From Laetmonice hystrix (Eukaryota): a stretch of DNA of 64,000 nucleotides. Under the pieces are notes generated by a model. That model did no database searches. It saw nothing but the letters and a program-made list of their open reading frames with translations, and was not told where the DNA came from. The stretch's first letter is position 1; the number at the start of each line of letters is the position of its first letter. A program made the translations under genes and the position numbers. The stretch spans positions 14,014,001 through 14,078,000 of the forward strand of contig OZ249436.1 in assembly GCA_965235115.1 (NCBI GenBank). Direction: 5' to 3'. Of this stretch, positions 50,901 through 61,182 are shown one piece after another.

Positions 50901-52360
50901 ACCTCCTGTTCAGACCCCACACCCACCTCCTGTCCAGACCCCACACCCACCTCCTGTCCAGACCTCACACCCACCTCCTGTCCAGACCTCACACCCACCT
51001 CCTGTCCAGACCCCACACCCACCTCCTGTCCAGACCTCACACCCACCTCCTGTCCAGACCCCACACCCACCTCCTGTCCAGACCCCACACCCACCCCCTT
51101 TCATTAAATCGGTCACCATTGTTGCCATGTTTGATTACCCCCGGATTTACCCGCTGTTAACACTACTCAACTTTTTTTCACACACATTTCAAGTTCTGTT
51201 AAAGTTAAAGTTACGGTGCCTACGGCTAAACGTTTTTTTCTTCATGATAACTAGAGTATAGTTCGTTTTATGTATTGCATCCATGTGTTCTGTTTACCAA
51301 CCACCCATCCACCGATGGGTCAGACCCGTCGGCCGATGGGCCGCGACCCTGGCGCGCCGCGCATCCACCGATGGGTCGCCCATCGGTCGATGGGCGACCC
51401 GTTGGCCGATCCACCGATGGGTCTGACCCATCGGCCGATGGGTCAGATCGACCGATGGCGCGTAACATATATACGCCATGTCGACAATATTTCAACCATC
51501 TTCAGTCCGAGAAGAAGAAGACCTATTTCTCCCGAGTCGCAGGAAAATGATTATGAAGATGAAATGGAAAGGAACCCTGCCAATAAACTAGCCTATAGAG
51601 AACAAAGATGCGAATACCAAAGGCCTGCACAGATAAAATCACTTAGGGCAACTTTTGATGGATTTTTTATTTTTATGGTGGCCATTTTCCCCAGAATTGT
51701 TTTCAGGAACGCCAAAAGACCTGTTTGCCGAACATTATAGAGTATATTCCTCCCAAACCTTTCAACGAAATTCCATTATTTTTATACATGAATCATAGAA
51801 AATAGGCAAGAGTTTGGAAAATAGGGGGCCGGGTGCCCCCCCCCCCCGAATCCGCCACTGATTGTAGTAAAGGTAGGCCTAAGCTCAGATCTAAGGGCCC
51901 CCCGTGTTTGGACCCTGCCCGAATAATATTGACCAACCTGCACTTCACTGGGCCTGATGTGGACATCTAAATCAGCCATTAGCAGCAGTCTTGCGTTGGT
52001 GAATTCATGAAAACACTTGGGACATTGGCAATTGTCCTTGAGCCAGACGTATGGGTATTGGCTGACCTGACCGTCTTCCCAGGTCACCTCCACCATACGT
52101 TCGTCCTCCAGGGTGGCCGTCCTTGAGACGACCTTGGGTGGGCTGCTCACCAACTCGGCGTCCTCCTGGAAGTTGACTGTGGAGGTGGATGTCTGAAGAG
52201 CCTGACTCGAAATGGAGCGGTTCAGTTTAGTCGTCGGTGTTTTACTTGACATCCACTTTGACGTGAGGCAGAAACGATGGAGATCATTTCTTGGCCGGAG
52301 CTTCCCAGACGGAGATCTAAAGATCATTCGATACACTTGCCTACCTGCCTGAAATGCCAT
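39189..52360 (-). CDS. BBOX1: Gamma-butyrobetaine dioxygenase-like Fe(II)/2-oxoglutarate oxygenase (BBOX1/TauD family), 466 aa
   Basis: 7 phase-consistent exons: 52360-51938, 49827-49636, 48989-48844, 42128-42023, 41576-41377, 39998-39832, 39355-39189 (1401 nt). N-terminal Zn site WLKDNCQCPKC...WSDGH, iron ligands H-A-D (LGLHADFPY) and distal H in NDRVLHGRTGF, C-terminal RHLEGCYLDWD. May be a paralogue rather than the orthologue. Confidence 0.88.
40034..40851. mobile_element. TTAA-specific non-autonomous DNA transposon (Kolobok-like), 818 bp
   Basis: TTAA|AGGTCCAACCCGAATATAATAACGA ... TCGTTATATATTCGAGGTGGACCT|TTAA; imperfect TIR with AGG termini. Confidence 0.75.
40486..40686. repeat. 28-bp tandem repeat, 7 copies, each containing TGACGTCA
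   Basis: GCTGTGTGACGCTGACGTCATACGGCGA. Confidence 0.95.
41876..41957. repeat. Interrupted (CT)n microsatellite
   Basis: Directly visible. Confidence 0.9.
42458..42887 (+). repeat. LTR1 (430 bp)
   Basis: TGTAAG...TTTACA; GC box near 42673, TATAAA at 42700, AATAAA at 42724; appears identical to LTR2. Confidence 0.95.
42889..42898 (+). promoter_or_regulatory. Primer-binding site, tRNA-Lys-like (second copy at 46448-46457)
   Basis: TGGCGCCCGA, 1 nt after the LTR, matches the first 10 nt of the tRNA-Lys PBS TGGCGCCCGAACAGGGAC. Confidence 0.8.
42998..44080 (+). pseudogene. N-terminally deleted retroelement integrase (copy 1)
   Basis: IILTDQGIEF...STPFHPQTNGRLER gives D-x35-E, followed by TPYFLLYGR and a C-terminal domain. 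The HHCC zinc finger and first catalytic Asp are absent. First in-frame ATG is at 42998; the ORF track start at 42902 is a GTG. Confidence 0.9.
44059..45771 (+). CDS. env: Envelope fusion glycoprotein, F-type (baculovirus F/errantivirus Env-like), 570 aa, intact
   Basis: Start context accATGG; signal peptide MECSFCLAALLLCQFCFTDVSG; furin site RLRR (aa 111-114) followed by fusion-peptide-like GLLDSLDFVGELSSALFGTA; heptad-like helical region; Cys-rich domain; sequons NAT, NIS, NFT, NIS, NFS; C-terminal TM (LTLSAVSLFVAVVASVVACYCYI) and short tail. Lies between integrase and the PPT. Confidence 0.88.
   Translation: MECSFCLAALLLCQFCFTDVSGQLRHPIPNGVLLSRDADVWVLNARWTVVTSISRPEEPPMLAWIAFALGRLSDAAAVVPPGHRAVMEARLRSLQLLYTDHDVSPPSSPSRLRRGLLDSLDFVGELSSALFGTATTGQVEAVRRQLALAVRRQEVLFHDHVKFVSVLNATRWQAVRNHGDIVVLAANISRLLEQEDVLAFRLDQLEVLHGFLHILEQLDQLNMIVQLRRRAYVAACEAMRSGHLSRDVIEDDPLQDILNILSRHGFIMRLDWYRAYTPVRTLWDTADSLTCVFTLWSADGKQYVLWSLRPLWFRSGGLVIRYRTRSPVITDGVFSTQLVPDHCQGNTNKICFVSQSDYDTCELELIQGRPVTCPFEVSATERPHLDFLATGAWLVSVARCVNFTVRCPDRAPRDFAVCEPERWNISTECVIDWPFGRSIRTSHLFLTVESRYYAPLKWHNFSIPSVKRRQISAALAVHARLIVDPRADLSISSPSDVAGGIVLDSLPLTLSAVSLFVAVVASVVACYCYIRCNFASVCSRGGRGQQAEARPPHLGDVAAGLALPLPGPEQ
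45997..46013 (+). promoter_or_regulatory. Polypurine tract
   Basis: AAGAAAAGAGGGGGGAG, 3 nt before LTR2. Confidence 0.9.
46017..46446 (+). repeat. LTR2 (430 bp, shared central LTR)
   Basis: Copy of 42458-42887 at offset 3559; preceded by the PPT and followed by a PBS. Confidence 0.95.
46557..47639 (+). pseudogene. N-terminally deleted integrase (copy 2)
   Basis: Translation identical to copy 1, at offset 3559. Confidence 0.9.
47618..47977 (+). pseudogene. env: Truncated env (copy 2, 119 aa)
   Basis: Matches env copy 1 up to 47971 (RLRRGLLD), then runs into foreign sequence and stops. Confidence 0.88.
47972..48103. mobile_element. 132-bp foreign fragment, probably one end of a DNA transposon, at the deletion junction
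   Basis: Begins (T)CATAGGCGCCAG followed by G/C runs, like the CAGGGGCG/CAGGCCCG-type MITE ends elsewhere in the window; replaces 1762 bp of env, PPT and LTR. Confidence 0.5.
48104..48375 (+). repeat. LTR3, 5'-truncated (272 bp)
   Basis: Matches LTR1 42616-42887 with one difference seen (aaagagtgaag vs aaagagagaag); followed by the TSD ACGG. Confidence 0.93.
49931..51467. mobile_element. Foldback element with about 180-bp TIRs, TGT...ACA ends and TATA flanks (Ginger-like)
   Basis: 49931-~50110 is a near-perfect inverted copy of ~51290-51467; TATA at 49927-49930 and 51468-51471; interior is mostly a 24-bp minisatellite. Confidence 0.8.
50200..51098. repeat. 24-bp minisatellite, about 37 copies, inside the foldback element
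   Basis: ACCTCCTGTCCAGACC(C/T)CACACCC. Confidence 0.96.
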
Positions 52361-53938
52361 GCCTTAGGTTAGCAAAGACCCCAAATTAAGGATACTCCTT
52401 TGTAGACTGCAGATTCTAGCGTACAGCTGATCCGGCCTTCATACATAGGGTCAGTGCACCGTTTCGTTATCCACTGAGATAGATAGGTAGGCCGACAGTA
52501 CTGGTCGACGAATTGCTGCTTATCCCAACACTATATAGTACGATACATGTAGCCTATAAGATTTCGTGCAAGCCTTTCTGCGCATGTGCTAATGTGCATT
52601 CGTGCCAAGTGGGCTGGGCAGAGATAGCGTGATATTCTCAGAAGACGTCCAATAATCGACTCCCAAGCCCGACATGTCATAGGCCTGTAGGCCTATAGAC
52701 TTGCATTAATCAGTATTCATTATCCCCATCTTTCTGTCAGGGAAATGGGATCTTGCTTATTCTATATTTATAGGCCTATTTTCATAGTATGCCCAGGTTC
52801 TGTTATTGTTGTCCCTTTTTACACAAATATCGTGACTTGAAACTTTTGAAAGAGATACCGGTCTATTCATCCACCGTTAACAATGTTAGGCCAATTAGTG
52901 TACGCAGTGGATGGTTCCTTGAGCCTATTTCATCATCACCTGTGCGGAAAGGTGGCCGTCATAATTGGCTTAAGGTCATGTTTCGCTAGGATACTGCGCT
53001 TACAAGTTCTTAATACTGGAGACAAGTTCGTGAATAACGACTGTAGGCCTAATGTTTCGATAGTAGGGTGCCAGTCCGACCCAAACTGACACAAGCCTTC
53101 GCTAATCGCCAGCGATAATCCTCAGAAAAACGTCGGGCTTAACCCCATAGTGGAATTGTTAGCATTGTATTGACTAGACCATGCACCTATTTGACCTTGG
53201 CACACAATCAGAGTGTGACTACCAAGAATGACAGCTGCCCTTAATAATTCAGTGGACTCTGAACGGTTGCCACTCATTTTCACATTTTGACCCCCTTTTT
53301 ATTTTGATCACAATTGGGAAACGGGAGGGGGGGGGGTTCATGTCCCCAACCCTCACCCATGCACCTCGACCCCGGCTACCACCCCCATGATCCCAACACA
53401 CATACACATTTTGGGTGATTTCCCTGGATATTGTCGACAGACACCCCCCCTATTGAAAATTACTCGTGCATCAATATATCGTTAGGGAGAGGCTGGATAG
53501 TGATAGACCTAGTGATACATTATCATCTGGAAATATCTCATTAATGGGAAATGAACAGCTGTTCAATGTGTTAGCCCCTGCAGTTTCTCTCCTAGACGTG
53601 TGTGAACAGTTGCATATATTCCCAAGGAGATCGCGTACAAAACATGGGCTCTATACAATCGAAATCCATGCATGTCTAAGTACCTTCGAATGGTAGAGGT
53701 CACGCATGATAAACAAGTTCACATTCAGCCATACCGGGACTGTCATTAGTGGGAAAGCAAACAAACGCTGTTAATCGGAACCCACTGGTGCCTACTAAAA
53801 AATGTTCGGACCGTGAAACATACGGAATATAATAGGGGCCTACTAGTTCATTTAAATATAGAATGCTAAAGCATGTAACCGAGATTGTATTCGGACAGCG
53901 AGGTACGCGGATTAGCGAAGTATGGATTAGCGAGGTAA

Positions 53939-54914
53939 AGGCCGGGAGACATCTAGCGACACCGAATCGCCGGAACCCACGACTCAAGTCGCTGGCGACC
54001 ACAGTCGTGAATCGGTCGTGAATCCACTTACCCAGACACACCTAGCGAACGATCACATGACAGTCGGCCATGAAAGTGACCGTTGGTGGAGGAAACAGAT
54101 AAAACCACTGATACAAGAATGACAGGGGCGGATCCAGGATTTTGCAACGGCGGGGGGGGGGGGGGGCTACATCCAGGATTTTGTATAAAACCTCTTAGGT
54201 GCGCCGTAGACAAAGGCCTACTGCAATGTCTGACGCAGCACTGGGAATTGCTCTCCTATAACCAGATGGCACGCGATTTGATGATTTTGCCCTTTTTTTG
54301 CCTGTCCGAATACTCCACGCAGCGCATGGTAAAGGCTTTCATTCTGCTCGAATAAAGCGATCAACTTGTCTTCTTGTTTTATGCTCCACATAAACTTTTT
54401 CCCTTTCGTGGGAGCGACAACTTTTCTTGGAGGCCATGCTGAGGTGATGGTTACATCGGCACAGGTCAGTAGGCTACCGAATAGTCCGGTGGAAGGACTT
54501 CCGTTTTCGTAACGCTATGGTGTGGGAGTGATACGGCCATGGGGGATTCTATATCTAGGGCCTATATTCTTACCCGTGACGTCACAGCAGTTCACTAACT
54601 TGAGCCGTTACATCCCGTGTGGTGGATCCGATGAGACCGTCTCCGATTGTTTGAAATTTCTACCTAGCTGTTGTGGGGGGAACTTGCGCACTTGGACCAA
54701 CTCGCCGGGAGTCGGTGAGCTCGGCGACTCGAAAATATCAAACATGTTTCATTCAAGTCGCCGCCCCAATCGCCGGGCCGAGATCGCCGGAGTCAGTGGG
54801 GTCGGTTACAATCGCTGCATGGTCCTGCTACCCCTACCGATTTTCACTGCTGACTCGGGGTCGGCTCCAATCGCTGGGAATCGCTGGTAGAAATCGCCAG
54901 ATGTGACCAGGCCT
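53939..54914. mobile_element. Older Harbinger-like MITE with nested fragments
   Basis: Imperfect TIRs AGGCCGGGAGACATCTAGCGA and reverse complement AGGCCTGGTCACATCTGGCGA; flanks TAA and TTA (not identical). Confidence 0.45.
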
Positions 54915-56806
54915 TTAGAAGCTTTAATTTGTTGGTTGGGGGGGGGGGGGGGGGGGCTGAGAGTGGCTGGTGTGCGGTGTCCCGCGAGCACTGAAGGCGC
55001 GAGCCGTCAACGGGGGCCCAGGGGGCCTCCCCGTGCAATGAAAAAATGCATAATTTGGCTCCCCAGCAAAATCTTTCATTAGAGAGGACCAAAACGACAT
55101 TTTCCGGTATCTAGAGATCAAATTCGGACTGAAAATAATGAAGAGCTCTGCTGTGGTCTGGCCGTCCCAGGGAGGCCTAGGCTTATAATGATTTAAGGAG
55201 CATGGTGTGGGCGGGGGAGATATATTTCAGCCCCCTTCCGTTTTTGATACCCCCCCCCCCCGCTCCCAGTTCCTATGCCTATAGTTGATGCTACCACAAT
55301 GCCTTCAGTTGAGATAGTGCGTAATGTGCAGCACATTTGTTTGATCTCAGCAGATAGTTCTAGAGCCTCTCGTACAACATGGGCCCTTCGTTTCACCAGT
55401 CCTTTCAACAAATTCAGTACCACGGGCGCGTCGAAGATACGTGCCGATGAACCCTGCTCACTTTATTCAGGTGTAGCGAGTTTATCATGGTACGTGAATG
55501 CAGAGTCGGCCCTTGACGTATAGCCTTGTGACAGGCGCGTTGTCGCCGCAGGTTCGTCAAGTTTTATGGAGGAGTACTCGGTAATTCTAATGTAAGCCGA
55601 AAGGGGCGCTACTTTTCTGGATAACCTAAATTCCTCAACCTCCGCCAGGGGAACATGTGACATCCTGTTGTTTAAATTGTCAGTTAAATATGTGTCACGC
55701 ATTCAACAATACATACCACGGGTAGCCATAGGGCACCGTTTTGCAGCCAAATTATGACCACGGTTGAGCGATCAGCGAGCTCTAGCACAACGGCTAAGCG
55801 GTCACGGAGCACCACAGTGCGCCACCGTTGACCACCTATCGCTCAATGACGTAACCTCTACGTTAGAAGTCATTTTTCGGCCGGCTGAACCTGGACTATA
55901 GTTATACACGGCGGCATTAGTCAGTGGTGTTTTGCTCGGGTTGCTATCTATAAAACCCATCACTTCGCTTGGGGTTTTATAGATAGCACCCCCCGGTTGT
56001 TCTTTTTTTCTCTCGAAAAAAATCCTCGATTTCATCTCGTGTTTTTTTCTCGAAAATATCAGTCGATATCGTATATTAGGCGCAAAATATTATTTTCAGA
56101 GAAGGTACTGATCTGTTTACCTACAGTATAGGGGGCGCTCGTGTGATCGTCACCCATTGTACGGTAGCCCAGAAGTACGAGTATAGCTAGGCATTTTAGT
56201 GAGCGTATATTATAGTGGTTATGCTAATTTCTTTTGGCCATGGGACGAACAGTAAAACGAGAATAAGTTAATCATTTATTTTGCCAACTCGAGCAATATT
56301 AAGTGCGGCGGCCAGCGTCGACAGTAATGTTGAAGGTGCAGTGTTGATATACAGTTCCTGATGGGGCCACTGTGGATGTGTCCGTTGAGGTCGCAGCAGC
56401 AGATGGAACGCGGTTTGCATGGGAAGGCCTCACTCGTCTCAGAAGGGTCAACAAAATTGATCAGACTGCTAATGGCGACCTTTTGAGGATCGGTTGCCCC
56501 GACGGACATTGCGACGTTGCGACGCGTTTGCGAATACCGTTCCGGTAAAATTGCGGTCGTTAAATTAAATATGTTGGACTTTAAGTCAAGTTTTTATTAG
56601 TGTACTTCTGGGCCACCGTACAGTCATAGGCAGAGCATGGACTGACAGAATCACGTGATCGCGTGATCATCATGGTTCAATGGAAGCGGTCGAGGCCGCA
56701 CCACTATACCACCACTGTCCCATATATCGTGGTCTGTACATGCATATGGTGGTTGTGCTCACTCAACTGTGCATTTATCAGTTGGGGACCCTTGGCATGT
56801 ATGCTT

Positions 56807-56911
56807 GATAGCTACCTGGTCAGCTCAGGGCCTAGAGCACTATATTCAGTCTCGCTTCGCTCGACTGAATAGGTATAGTGCTCCAGGCCCTTCGCTGACC
56901 AGGTAGCTATC
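56807..56911. mobile_element. 105-bp hairpin (miniature inverted-repeat element)
   Basis: GATAGCTACCTGGTCAGC...GCTGACCAGGTAGCTATC, with pairing continuing inwards to a CGCTTCGCTCG loop region. Confidence 0.7.
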
Positions 56912-57735
56912 TAAAACACAATCATAATGTTTCCGAGTTCTGCCTGCATAAATACAAATAATTAAAATGTGCATGTGTAACGAATAATACATATTTAGTT
57001 CCATTGACCTATCGAATAGTCCTTTATATTGGCAATAGACCCCGCTTTATGTCTCGGTGGGTGCACTTTTTGTATCTACAGGCCTAGGCGGCCGATTCAG
57101 CTCTGGTGCTTCGTATTGTAGTGGCTAAGATGTCCCACCCATAATGTGATGTTTGTGGGTTCGAGACGAAGTTTTCCCTCAATTTTTTTTTTAAAAGATA
57201 GAGTTAGGGATAAGGATAGGCCTAGATATCACGAAACTTAAAACTCTTTAAGGGATTTAGCAACGGGTATAGGGATGGGTGCTCGACATTTTACCCTGGT
57301 ATACGCAAGGCCTCCTATAGTTCCACCTGGAAAAAGTTTAATGAACAAATTATCGGTAGATTTATACTGGCTATTAAAAGTCCTATTTCGTATAAGCTCA
57401 GCATGCGCAAAAGGTCGGCACAACGATAAATGGCTGGGGGACTATTGTCCAGAGACGCAATTAAATTAGGCCTATGACTTTTTGTCAATTTTATACATGC
57501 AGTGATACTTGCGACCTGTTCCTTCACCACAACAAGCGCACGAAGGCCGACGTCTATGAACCGGGCTCCCGTCTCCAGTCACAGTGGACTAAGGTTGCGT
57601 ACCTCTCCGTGGACTCCCAGAGTTCGGTTTACAGCGTCAACATAACGACAAGGGTCGATCAGGGGCGGATCCAGGGACGAAAGGGGCCACTGAGTGAGTG
57701 ATCTTCTTTTAGATGCAAAGGCATTAGGCGTACCT

Positions 57736-59766
57736 ACAAGTCAAATAGATTGAGGCCAAAATATGTTTTCTCTTTCACGGCAGATATCCGACTATATATT
57801 ATATATAGTATATATATTATTTCTTTTTATGAAAATCCTGATAAAAAAGAACCTGTAGTAAAAAAATTTGGTGTTTGGGAAGGTATCTAAATATTATAAT
57901 TTTTCTTTTAAATGTCAAATTTCACCCTTTTTTGGCCATGTCAAAGGTAACATTTCAAACATATGCAGTTTAGGATTAATATCACACTGTTACAATAAAG
58001 GCATTTCAAAAGTTTGTTATTTAGATCTATATTGCAATATGTAATGTTTATTTTAATGTAAAACCTTACCATCTACAATTTAATTAACCATTTTATTTTT
58101 TTTAGTATAAAAAACGATCATGTACGTTATAATATCCGTCAAAAAATTACTGACACTGTGTCACTCCTTAATTGTTTCCCAATGTATAAATTGATTAATA
58201 TCAACTTTTAATTATAACTTATGAAATTACAATTTTGGAATATATGAGACATAACAGCTTTAAACTGACCTTTATTATTAATAAAATGGGTAAATATATA
58301 GTCTGGTTCCATTCCGTCAAAAAAACGTACGCTGATCACAGGTTTTTAATGTTCTCTGTGTAATTTGCCATTTGAATTTCCCGCCAAGTTGCACAACAAT
58401 TATTATCTAGGACACAGGTCACATGATCGCCAACACTTTTGAGTGGAAAATTCCGAGAACATGGAGGCTGATGGAAGGAGAGTTATTGTTGGGCTATAAA
58501 AAGTTGTGATTTAACATACATGATAGGTTTAACGTACATGATCTATATAATAGAAAATATTAATACATTGAAGTGAATGTAATGGAAAGAAACTTTTTTC
58601 CATCAAGTTTGTTTAAAAGCCTGTAAGAACTAATATTTTGTGGTCCAAGTGAGGGATAATAGGGCATCAACATGGCACATGTTTCTGCCAAGGTCAAATG
58701 GGCCTTATCATGTATGCTATTTTGACAGTTACATTAAGGTGTCCAATATGACATACATGACAGATAGTGCTGGAAGTCGAAATTTGATTTTTGTTTACTT
58801 ACAAAATATATATTTAAAAAACAAAAAATGAAAGCAAAACTATCTTAATATCATAAATTAACAAAAGTACATCAGTTTTTCTTTGCAGTGAAATAAATCT
58901 GATCATGTACATGATATTGACCAATATTTAAAATAACGTACATGATAATCCACGAATTATGTCCAACAAAGCAGCTTTTAACTAAGAAAAATATCTGGTA
59001 TTTCTAATAACACAAATTATTTTAATACTGCAATACATTCATGCAATGATCATACTGCAGATCTGTTTCTCTGGCTAAACAACTATCCATCATGTATGTG
59101 ATGTTGACCGTTTTATGTCCAAGTTAAACTTTGCCCCAATATATAAATTTGTGACACATCTCATTTCATTTAAAAACAAATAAATAAGTAGACTTGAATA
59201 ACATCATCATAACATCATGTAATCAACAGAAACAATATTGTGGTTTTCCCCCATTTCCTATCATGTATGTGATATTGACCCTAATATGTTGGTTAAGTGA
59301 TATCATATCTATTTCTGTTAATGTCCATGATAATGTCCAACAAACGTACATGATTTATTTCCCGTCATATTATTGATTTAAAACTAAAATAAAAGCTTTA
59401 TGAGGTGTTAAAATATTACAAAATGGGTAAAGTGATAGATAAAGGTAGCATTTTGTGAAAAAACAAATCATATTATTAATGTATAAAAAAAATATCAACC
59501 AAGAAATTTCCCCTATAAATTTCTATGTCAAAGACTGTAAAATTTAAAAACTAGCATATTTATTGTCAAACTAACGTACATGATACGTTCAGAGTTTCTT
59601 GACATTTTTGTTTACTTACACTTTAAATACTCTGCAAACAGCTCTGAAAATTTGACATTATCAACCTAAGATTATGGGGAAAAAACAATATATATTTCAT
59701 ACTGATTTGAAGAAGGTTAATTTTGAGATCAATGTTACCCTTTTGGCCTCAATCTATTTGACTTGT
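57736..59766. mobile_element. AT-rich non-autonomous DNA transposon, about 2.0 kb, 26-bp perfect TIR
   Basis: ACAAGTCAAATAGATTGAGGCCAAAA at 57736-57761 and its reverse complement at 59741-59766; recurring internal AACGTACATGAT motif; no TSD recognised. Confidence 0.75.
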
Positions 59767-60599
59767 CATAATAGGCCTATTCATAACCCAGTTAATTTCA
59801 GAATATCCGGAAAGTACGAAAGCTCAGAAGGATCATTCGAGATTCAAGATTCGAAATTCGAGATTCAATATCTGAATAATTTCGAGATTCGAGATTCATT
59901 AGCTGAATTTCGAGATTCGAGATTCAATATCCAAAGTAACCAGTCAGAGGACAGCTCTCAAAATCAGGTGCCTCGTGACCAATGAAAGGCTGCGTCTATA
60001 CGCACAAGATCGTGGACATATCAGTCAATCTACACAAGGTCGTGCTCACCGTTTCGTGTACGCGCGACTGTGTGCGTATGCCCGTGTATACACACGATGT
60101 CGTGGATATAAACTTAGGGGGGCCTATATCCACAATAATGTGTGTATATTATTACAGGCAATATACACATCTTGTGCGTGTTGTGTGTTATACGCATGTG
60201 GCCTGTTTCCCAGGGGACGCATTTTATTAAACTGCTATTAGTCATATAGTATCAGGCGCGTGTCCAGGATTTTCAGCAGGGGGGGGGGGGGGTCTGAGAA
60301 CATTTTTTAAACTCCAAGACGCGATTTCCCGCGATTTAGGGGCCATTTAGGGCATTAGGCCTATATATTTGTGGATTCATCGCTCAACGGGTTCAAAACG
60401 GCGGGAATGCTTAGAAAAAAAATCTATGCTCTGTGGGAGCGGGGGGGGGGGGGGTCGGGACCCCCCCCCCCGGACTAACCCTGAATCCCACAAACAGTTT
60501 TTAAAAGTTTTGTAATAGGCCTATTCACTGTCCCTATTAAGTCTAAGGTTAACCCTTTCTGAAGAATGAGGGGGGGGGGGAACGCCAACTTATAGTAAG

Positions 60600-60667
60600 T
60601 TGGGCTCGAACCCACGAGGGACGACCCTCGTATCATTAGCCGGACACGCTACCCAATACGCTACGGA
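60600..60667 (-). mobile_element. tRNA-derived SINE head fragment (not a functional tRNA)
   Basis: On minus: A box TAGCGTATTGG and B box GGTTCGAGCCC; no proper acceptor stem. Confidence 0.45.
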
Positions 60668-60888
60668 AGAATATGGATAAAGGTGACACCAAATATAACT
60701 AACCCAAAACCTAACCTTAACTCTAACCCATAGGGGATTGTCCCCTCCCCGCCACCCTTTCCGTTTGCCATTTGCCAGAGTGATTAATATGTCACACGAC
60801 ATTTCATTGGCCGTGTTATAATATAGAAGCATACTCCCGAAAATAGAAGAAACTTTGGCGGTATCTTCCGAAATGAGGGTGGTGGGGT

Positions 60889-61020
60889 GGGGAGGGAGGG
60901 AGGGAGGGAGGGAGGGAGGGAGGGAGGGAGGGAGGGAGGGAGGGAGGGAGGGAGGGAGGGAGGGAGGGAGGGAGGGAGGGAGGGAGGGAGGGAGGGAGGG
61001 AGGGAGGGAGGGAGGGGGGG
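60889..61020. repeat. (GGAG)n microsatellite, about 31 copies
   Basis: Pure polypurine tract about 110 bp upstream of the transporter splice acceptor. Confidence 0.95.
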
Positions 61021-61182
61021 TCAGGCATAACCCAGTTACTGTGAGTGAGGGTGGCAGTGAGTGAGTAATGGAGGTTTTACCCTGTCTTGGTATTTCACGG
61101 AGAGTATTGATTATTACCGTATTTTTTCAGGTGACCGTTTGACTGATCATGAACACTGATAAATCCTGAGGGAACTGATGCC

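Noticed and set aside
50127..51160. ORFs of 266-326 aa (PDPTPTSC, SRPHTHLL, GVGSGQEV repeats)
   Set aside because: A 24-bp repeat open in several frames on both strands; no evidence of coding.
57109..57172. tRNA gene (also considered for 60600-60667)
   Set aside because: Only degenerate A/B boxes and no cloverleaf; better explained as SINE-derived.
60699..60730. Interstitial telomeric repeat
   Set aside because: Only a few degenerate CCTAAC-like units, as commonly found inside invertebrate repeats.
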